DNA of 64,000 nucleotides from Octopus vulgaris (taxonomy: Eukaryota). The DNA lies in NCBI GenBank assembly GCA_951406725.2, contig OX597825.1:30442001-30506000 (forward strand), given 5' to 3'. The notes beneath the pieces were generated by a model. It worked only from the letters and a program-made list of their open reading frames with translations. It did no database searches and was not told where the DNA came from. Shown piece by piece: positions 56,383-64,000 of the stretch. Made by a program: the position numbers and the translations under genes. Each line of letters starts with the position of its first letter. The first letter of the stretch is position 1.

Positions 56383-56563
56383 GACTATATAGGACTGAGG
56401 TAACTCATCCAGAAGTTATACACAAATAAATAGAAGAGTGCCATATCATGTGAAATTGGTTGAACAATATCTTGGCATCTAGTGTGCCTTCCACAGATAT
56501 GGCACTCTAATATTTATTTGTGTATAACTTCTGAATGAGTTACCTCGGTCCTATATAGTCTAA
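56380..56563. mobile_element. Near-perfect ~180-bp hairpin (MITE-like)
   Basis: ttagactatataggactgaggtaactcat..gagtgccatatc and gatatggcactc..atgagttacctcggtcctatatagtctaa; ~70-bp arms. Confidence 0.8.
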
Positions 56564-56815
56564 CAAAAAAATGAAGAATCCTCTCAACACATGGATATGA
56601 TGCTCCCCCACTACTTCTGCTCGTGATCAGAAATGCACATATCGTCAACCACTAAGGGACGTGCTCAACTGGTTAAGGTCAAACAACTGACAAGCAAATC
56701 TGTGGTATTGAACAGAATATTTGCTGTAGCCCATCTTTTATACCAAGACAAAACAATGCACATAATAACACTTCCAATCAGTTAAGATGAGAAGTCATAA
56801 TAGCCACTGCCTTAC

Positions 56816-56854
<39 letters not shown>

Positions 56855-56977
56855 GTTTGACTTTTGCTTTATGTCTGTACAAGTTGGCTCCAAGTCTCAC
56901 CCAGAGACCTCAAGAGACAACAGGTTGGAAGTTCACGTTGTTGTTATGCCTAGTGTGCCATATATTTGTTTTTTTTG

Positions 56978-57318
<341 letters not shown>

Positions 57319-57712
57319 GTGACGAGAACTCACAGTTTATTTTGCTGGGTATGATGGTAAGTGTCAGCTGTCCACAGCCAGCAGACTAAGGTGACACTTG
57401 CTTTACTGGTCATGCTTCAAGAACCCTGCGAAGAAATCTTGCAGTTCCAAGCAATGCTGATTTTCGTAGGCATTCTACCTTCACACTTGCACCAATCTTT
57501 TATCGCCATGCTGGAAGTTGAGTGCTGATACTTCCAAGTGCACCAATTACTATTGGTATCACGTCTACTCTCTTCATTGACCACAGCCTTCACATTTCCC
57601 ACTTTAAATTGTGTCATAGTTGTTTATTTTTTCTTCTTCTTTCACATTGATCCTGTTGTCATTGGTGCATGCTATGTCAATTATCATACATGTTCTTTCT
57701 TGCTATATCGAT
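57319..57712 (-). mobile_element. R4/Dong-type non-LTR retrotransposon 3' fragment (REL endonuclease) in (TAA)n
   Basis: RC gives LKWEM*RLWSMKRVDVIPIVIGALG..KSALLGTARFLRRVLEA*; both ends abut TAA repeats. Confidence 0.85.
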
Positions 57713-57748
57713 AATTATTATTATTATTATTATTATCATCATCATCAA

Positions 57749-57960
57749 GGCAGCGAGCTGGCAGAATCGTTAGTACGCTGGGTGAATTACTTAGCAGTAT
57801 TTAATTTGTTTTTTACATTCTGAGTTCAAATTCTGCTGAAGTTGACTTTGCTTTTCATCCTTTCAGGATCAATAAAATAAGTACCAGTTGAACATTGGGG
57901 TCGATGTAATTGATTAGTCCCCTCCTGAAAAGTTGCCGGCCTTGTGCTTACAGCAGAAAG
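57749..57960 (+). mobile_element. SINE family B
   Basis: Family motifs. Confidence 0.85.
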
Positions 57961-58007
57961 GATTATTATTATTATTATTGTTGTTGTTGCTGTTATTATT
58001 ATTATTA

Positions 58008-58081
<74 letters not shown>

Positions 58082-58165
58082 CCATGCCGACATGGTAAAT
58101 GAACATCAAGCAATGATTATTATTATTATTATTATCATTATTATTATTTTATTATTATTATTATT

Positions 58166-58196
<31 letters not shown>

Positions 58197-58631
58197 GTGT
58201 TGTAACCATCTTGTAAACTGTGAAGCTGAAAACAGCAAAGGTTCTATTTCTAATATCATTTTCAATAAACATTGTTTGAATAAAATAAGTGAAAAATTTC
58301 ACTTTTGCCCTAAAATAATAGCAAAACATACCAAAACCATATTTAACGTTTGTAAACACATAACTAATATGCCAATTCTAACATTTCTGTTGAGGTCTTC
58401 AGATCTTGATAATTCTACCACATTTTACATATTAGATAAGATGATCACAGAAAACAGAAGGACATGCAATAAGCAGATGTTTTCATTAACATTCTCTAAA
58501 TTTCATCCTGATGCTGGCTAGCTTCCATATCATTGCTTTTAATCATTAGTTGCTTGTCAAGTGCTTCTCTTTAGAGTTCTTTTGACCTCTGTCAAACTTA
58601 GTGATCGATACTCAGATGGTTACTGATTTAA

Positions 58632-58685
58632 CTAACAAAGTTTTCTTTTCAGCAATGAAGGATCACAGATGATATTTCTGAAAGC
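58632..58685 (-). CDS. Last coding exon of an unidentified host gene (AFRNIICDPSLLKRKLC*)
   Basis: Acceptor ttcttattttcaaAG, phase 0 matching the previous exon, TAG stop, unique sequence. Confidence 0.7.
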   Translation of the reverse strand, partial: AFRNIICDPSLLKRKLC

Positions 58686-58992
58686 CTTTGAAAATAAGAA
58701 CAAACAACAAAATTAACAAAAATTGCATGAAGCAGCCAAATTCCCTCAAGTCATACCCTGCTGTTTTATAAAAAAAAGAGGGAACACTTTAGATAATGTA
58801 ATCCTAGATATACTATGTCTGAAAATAAGATAATGAATCTGACTGGGATTTTGATGGATTGGGGTTGATCTGGAATGGACTCTACAATGACTGATAAGGG
58901 GTTACAAACTCCCAATGATAGTGAATCGCTAATATCATAACTACAGCCATACTAAGACCTTCAGAGCTGGGTTCATAAATTATTTTACTTAC

Positions 58993-59026
58993 AAGGTTCT
59001 GCAAGCTGTTATTGCAGGACTTGACC
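58993..59026 (-). CDS. Penultimate 34-bp exon ((R)VKSCNNSLQNL)
   Basis: Acceptor gatatcAG, donor GTaagt; phase 2 in, phase 0 out. Confidence 0.72.
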
Positions 59027-59084
59027 CTGATATCAATGAATTGTATAAATAAGCAAACGACCACAAGCTAACTGACAATGTATG

Positions 59085-59430
59085 CACAAGGGGTGACTGT
59101 GTGGTAAGTAGCTTGCTTACCAACCACATGGTTCTGGGTCCAGTCCCACTGTGTGGCACCTTAGGCAAGTGTCTTCTACTATAGCCTCGGGCCAACCAAA
59201 GCCTTGTAAGTGGATTTGGTAGACGGACACTGAAAGAAGCCTGTCATATATATGTATATATATATGTATGTGTATGTATATGTTTGTGTGTCTGCGTTTG
59301 TCCCCCACCTCCAACATCGCCTGACAATCAATGCTGGTGTGTTTACATCCCTGTAACTTAGCAGTTTGGCAAAAAGAGACTAATAGAATAAGTACTAGGC
59401 TTACAAAGAATAAGTCCTGGGGTCGATTTG
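59085..59430 (+). mobile_element. SINE family A, intronic and antisense to the gene
   Basis: Family motifs. Confidence 0.88.
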
Positions 59431-60049
59431 TAAGACAAAGATTATAGAAGAAGACACTTGTCTAAAATTCTACACATGGACTGAACCAGAAACGAAATAA
59501 TTGAGGAGCAAATTTTCTAATGACACAACCATTATTTTGATGCATCAAGTGTGTTGCTGTGTTTTTACCTTCCAAAGAGCAATGAAATGAGAATCTGTGG
59601 TGTGATGGAGAGGATTCATTCAATTATATATTCTTCCCTAATGAACTGGAATGCGATTGTAAGAGAACAAAAACAAGCCAGAAATATTAAATTCTACCAA
59701 AATCCATGGATATGACTTACTGGGTGTCACTAGGGTAAATGGTTGCTGTATTTAGTTTCTTCACAGTAAGTTGACAATTGAGGTATCACTATAGTTGATG
59801 TTATTTCACATCTCTATAATGTTAAGGAAACAAAGTACCAGTCATATGCTGCGGTTTATTCAGTTGATTACACAAAACCTGTAGCATTGTGTCAGTGTGT
59901 TGTGTTATTCTAAATTTATCTAAATAAAATTATAGTCATATTTAACCCTTTCCATCGAGAAAAGCTTTATACAACTGACTAGCAAAGCTCCCTGGCATAG
60001 AATGGTAGTCACCTTAAATAATTTCCATCACTGTAAACATGTAAAAATA

Positions 60050-62700
60050 CACGCTATGCTTAGCATAACAACGATATTACATTTCCCAGAAACAAATTGA
60101 TGTAATTCCTTTTGTTTGAGAACTGTGTCTAACACCATTTGCAATGTTTGTTCCTGTATCAGTTATGAAATCACAATCTTTAATAATAGAATTGGGAATA
60201 GCATTCAAAGCTTGAGGGACTGAATCTGCACTTTGTTCTCTGACAATATCTGTGTCGTTGTTTATTTGATCTGTTTGAGCTATTCACACTTTTCCCTCTT
60301 AAGTATCACTGCTGTATTATTACTTGCTTGAGATATAAATCTAACTTGTTGTAGTCCATCATTTCTTCTGCATTGATACCAAACTAGAGATGCAGTTCCA
60401 CAAGATATTGTTAACGTTGATAGCAGTTATTTACCCATCAAAGTAGATGGACTAAGAAGATATCTTCTTAATTGAAGGAGTGTCTGGTAACTCAAAAGCT
60501 TACAACTCAAATATGCATTAACAAAACTTTTACTTGGTGAATATGCTTTTAAACCCACTTTAACACTTGCAATCATTCTGTCAGCAACTTCGTTTGATTC
60601 TGGATGATATGGAAGCATTTTCAATGCTTTATGTCCAGTGTTATCAAGCCACATGCACATGTCCACTATCAAAGAATACACTAGTATTGTCAAATGCTAA
60701 TGCTTTGGATTACAGTCTCTGGCAGAATTCTTAATACCAACCTAACCGCTTCCGTTTCTTCTGGTCACCTAGATTATGTATCAATAAATATTAAGAACAT
60801 GGCAGGAAGCTAGTAGAAACGTTAGCATGCCAGGAAAAATGCATAGCGATATTTTGTCTCCCACTACATTCACAGTTCAAATTCTGCCAAGGTCGACTTT
60901 GCCTTTTATCGTTTTGGGGTCAATAAATTAAGTACCAGTTGTATGCTGGCCTCCTCATCAAAATTTTTGGGTCTTGTGCCTAGAGTAGAAAAAAAACAAA
61001 TTTTAAGAAAAACTTTAAATGCTTAACATAAGTGCAATCAATATATACCACTAGGCATGTTTTAATTTCTTTTGGCTATGTCTACACTGTGTGAGGTGAA
61101 TCTAGTTTTATTGTCATATGTGTTGGATGTCATACATATCATTCCACATTTTCTTTCTAATCCAGCTACCATACTTCTACATTCAATGAATTTCTTTGTT
61201 GCTATTAATCCATAACTTTCATCATTATCTTGTCTTTTAATTATTTCATTCACTGGACACAGCCATACTGGAGCAACACCTGGAGCAAGGATTTAGTTGA
61301 AGACACTTGCCCAAGATGCCAGGCAGAGGGACTGAACCTGGAAACATGGGATTAGGAAGCAAGCTTCTTACCACACACCCATGCCTGCACCTTTTAGATG
61401 TATTCACACCATTTGTATACAGCAAGAAATTTTCTCTACAAAAAAAAAAATTAATGACTTTCTTTTTGGTTCAAATATGCCCCAAGAATATTTGAAATGG
61501 CAAAAATCTAACATTTTTCGTTGATAATATATCCTCTTTAAATTGAATTCTGCAAAATAAATCATGCTAGAAAACATTGATACAGAATTTGAAATTAGGT
61601 GAGAATATCAACAAACTCTTTCATTCACATCAACTTTTTTATTTAAGTCCTTCCCCGACTCTGGAGCAGATGCCATCATCAACACCTTTTCTCTGCTGTT
61701 CAAGGCCTATCCATCCCCACTGAGAGAAGGCCATCCTCTCTCAGAATTTTGCTTTTATACTATTCAGGGGTTTTGGCCCTCTACAGACCCATCTTTACTT
61801 GTGATATTGGATTGACCTCTATCCTCAGAGTCCCTGAGGCATACAAGCCATCACACCTCAGCAAGAACTAGACCTTGTGGTGGACATGGACTTTATTGTC
61901 TTCGTATGCTTCGAGATTTCCATCCAACACAGAAACTAAAGAAGCTCATTTAATTCTTTGAGGTGGAACCTTTTCTATAAGATCTTTATTAATTAGTTTT
62001 CTCAACTTTGTTATGACTAATACTTTAATGTGTATTTGTAATGGGCTTGCTTGAAAATAAAAATGGCCTGATATTTCCTTTGTGAAGAATATTAGCCTTA
62101 AAAGCCTCTTAATCTCCCAAAATGGCCCATTTCATGAATTAATAATGAACTATTAACATTCATCACATCCATTTGAAACAAACCATGCTCTTTTCCTTTT
62201 TGCAACATTCAGCTACAATAACATTCACAACATCTATTCTCTTATCAGTTTCTGTTAATGCATCAAAACTCCCAAAACATTTGAATGATTAATCCATCAA
62301 ATTGTTTTAGTTTGTGATGAACATTTTTAACTTTGATTTATTCTTCAAATCCATCCAAAAATTGTAAGGTATTACAGTCACTTGACTGCCAGTATCAACT
62401 TGCATCTTAATGATAACATTATCAGGTTTTTCGCATTAAGCATTATAATATTTGTTACACCAATATCAAAAAGCAGAATCTTCATTTCTGATTTCTTCAA
62501 TTTCTCCAATTTCTTCAATTTCTTCAACTTCTTTTTTTGTAACTTTACAGACTGCCGGAAATTGATTCTTTTTCCCCACATTTAATATAACTTTTCCCAT
62601 ATTCATGCTATTTTGATGATGCATGCTTATATTCACAAAAAAGCAGCATTTATAATCAGATATATATTTGATTACAACATATGACACAGTGATACCATCA
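60050..62700 (-). mobile_element. Gypsy/Ty3 LTR retrotransposon internal relic (gag knuckle, protease, integrase) with nested SINEs and an RTE piece
   Basis: GKKNQFPAVC (decayed CCHC), MQVDTGSQVTVI protease near 62390, PYHPESNEVADRM..LLSY..SPSTLMG integrase core near 60600; no LTRs recognised. Confidence 0.8.
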
Positions 62701-62720
62701 TGTCAGGAAGATTACCTTAC

Positions 62721-62767
62721 CTTTCTAATTCATTATGCTTCAAGTGAAACTCAGAAATCATGCAAAC
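62721..62767 (-). CDS. 47-bp internal exon (VCMISEFHLKHNELE-R)
   Basis: Acceptor ttcattccatAG, donor AAG/GTaagg; only one open frame; ends in phase 2. Confidence 0.72.
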
Positions 62768-63569
62768 CTATGGAATGAATTAAATGCATGCCTTAAACTT
62801 TGGGTCATGTAGTTAAGATATGTGTTCATATAATTATCTGATGAGTGTATGTTATTAATGAGTTTCATTTGAATTATGTCATTATTTGCACTCGGCCCTT
62901 GAATTTCAGTTTTATCAAAATTCCCTAAAATATAAGAATCAGTTAAAAATAACTTTGAGCCAGTTTAGTCAGATTTTAATGCTTGTGATAAGAATCTGGC
63001 TCTTTTGACAATTATTAATTTTGGGGTGGAGTGGACCAACAAATCTGCTTTTGATAAAAAAAAAATCCATTATTTGTTTTTATTATCATTATAGAGTTCA
63101 GAGTAATTTTGCTTCTGCTACAGTATAAAAGCACCACAACCAAGGACCTGCATTATCTGAGACATTAACTGGAGGTTTGTTGCTATTAACCAACGTCATG
63201 TTGAAGTTATTTCAGTTCAAATAAAGCTGTAGATACATGCAGGTGTGACTGTGTGGTAAGAAGCATCCCTCTCATCCATATGGTCTTGGTTTCAATTCCA
63301 CGACACAGTACTTTGGGCAAGTGTCTTTTACTATAGTCCTGAGCTTTGTGAATGGATTTGGTAAATGGAAACTAAAAGAAACCCTTCATATCTCTCTTTC
63401 TTACCCACCCTTCCTCTCCCTCTTTTCTTCTCTTTCACACTAAGTAAACATGTCCTCTGCAGCAAGGCATCTGTTTCTGTCTCTCTGTCACACTCTAACC
63501 TTTTATCATCTGACACAAAATCACCTCCTTCGATGCCTCCTTCCCTTTCGATATATATGTATATTTAAA

Positions 63570-63890
63570 GACTCCGCCGGTTACAACGACGAGGGTCCCA
63601 GCTGATACGATCAACGGAACAGCTTGCTCATGAAATTAACGTGCAAATGGCTGAGCATTCCACAGACACGTGTACCCTTAACGTAGTTCTTGGGGATAAT
63701 CAGCGTGACACAGAGAGTGACAAGGATGACCCTTTGAAATACAAGTACAACTCATTTTTGCCAGCTGAATGGACTGGAGCAACGTGAAATAAAGTGTCTT
63801 GCTCAAGGACACAACGCGTCGCTGGGAATCGAACTCACAACCTTACGATCATGAGCCGAATGCCCTAACCACTAAGCCACGCGCCCTCAC
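63570..63890 (-). mobile_element. SINE family C, long-tail variant
   Basis: RC head gggcgcgtggcttagtggttagg..gagttcgattccc, core ttgtgtccttgagcaagacac. Confidence 0.88.
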
Positions 63891-63907
63891 TTATATGTAT
63901 ATATATA

Positions 63908-64000
<93 letters not shown>

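Overview
AT-rich, microsatellite-saturated eukaryotic DNA. The SINE families and repeat landscape look like an octopus (coleoid cephalopod) genome; this is an inference from recognition, not a database result. Almost all entries in the ORF track are microsatellite artefacts. The only host coding sequence I can support is the 3' end of an unidentified minus-strand gene: three small phase-compatible exons (62721-62767, 58993-59026, 58632-58685) giving ...VCMISEFHLKHNELERVKSCNNSLQNLAFRNIICDPSLLKRKLC*. The rest is a nested transposon graveyard: four SINE families (dozens of copies), RTE and R4/Dong-type LINE fragments, Penelope-like pieces, Helitron relics plus an intact-ended non-autonomous Helitron, a hAT-like element with TIRs, TTAA MITEs and a Gypsy relic. 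The most notable signal is an unusual density of type I hammerhead ribozyme motifs (about ten, from canonical to decayed, several different architectures). These include a canonical motif in a divergent inverted pair at 37.3-37.6 kb, next to a fold-back array of a ~300 bp tRNA-headed repeat at 36.0-36.9 kb.
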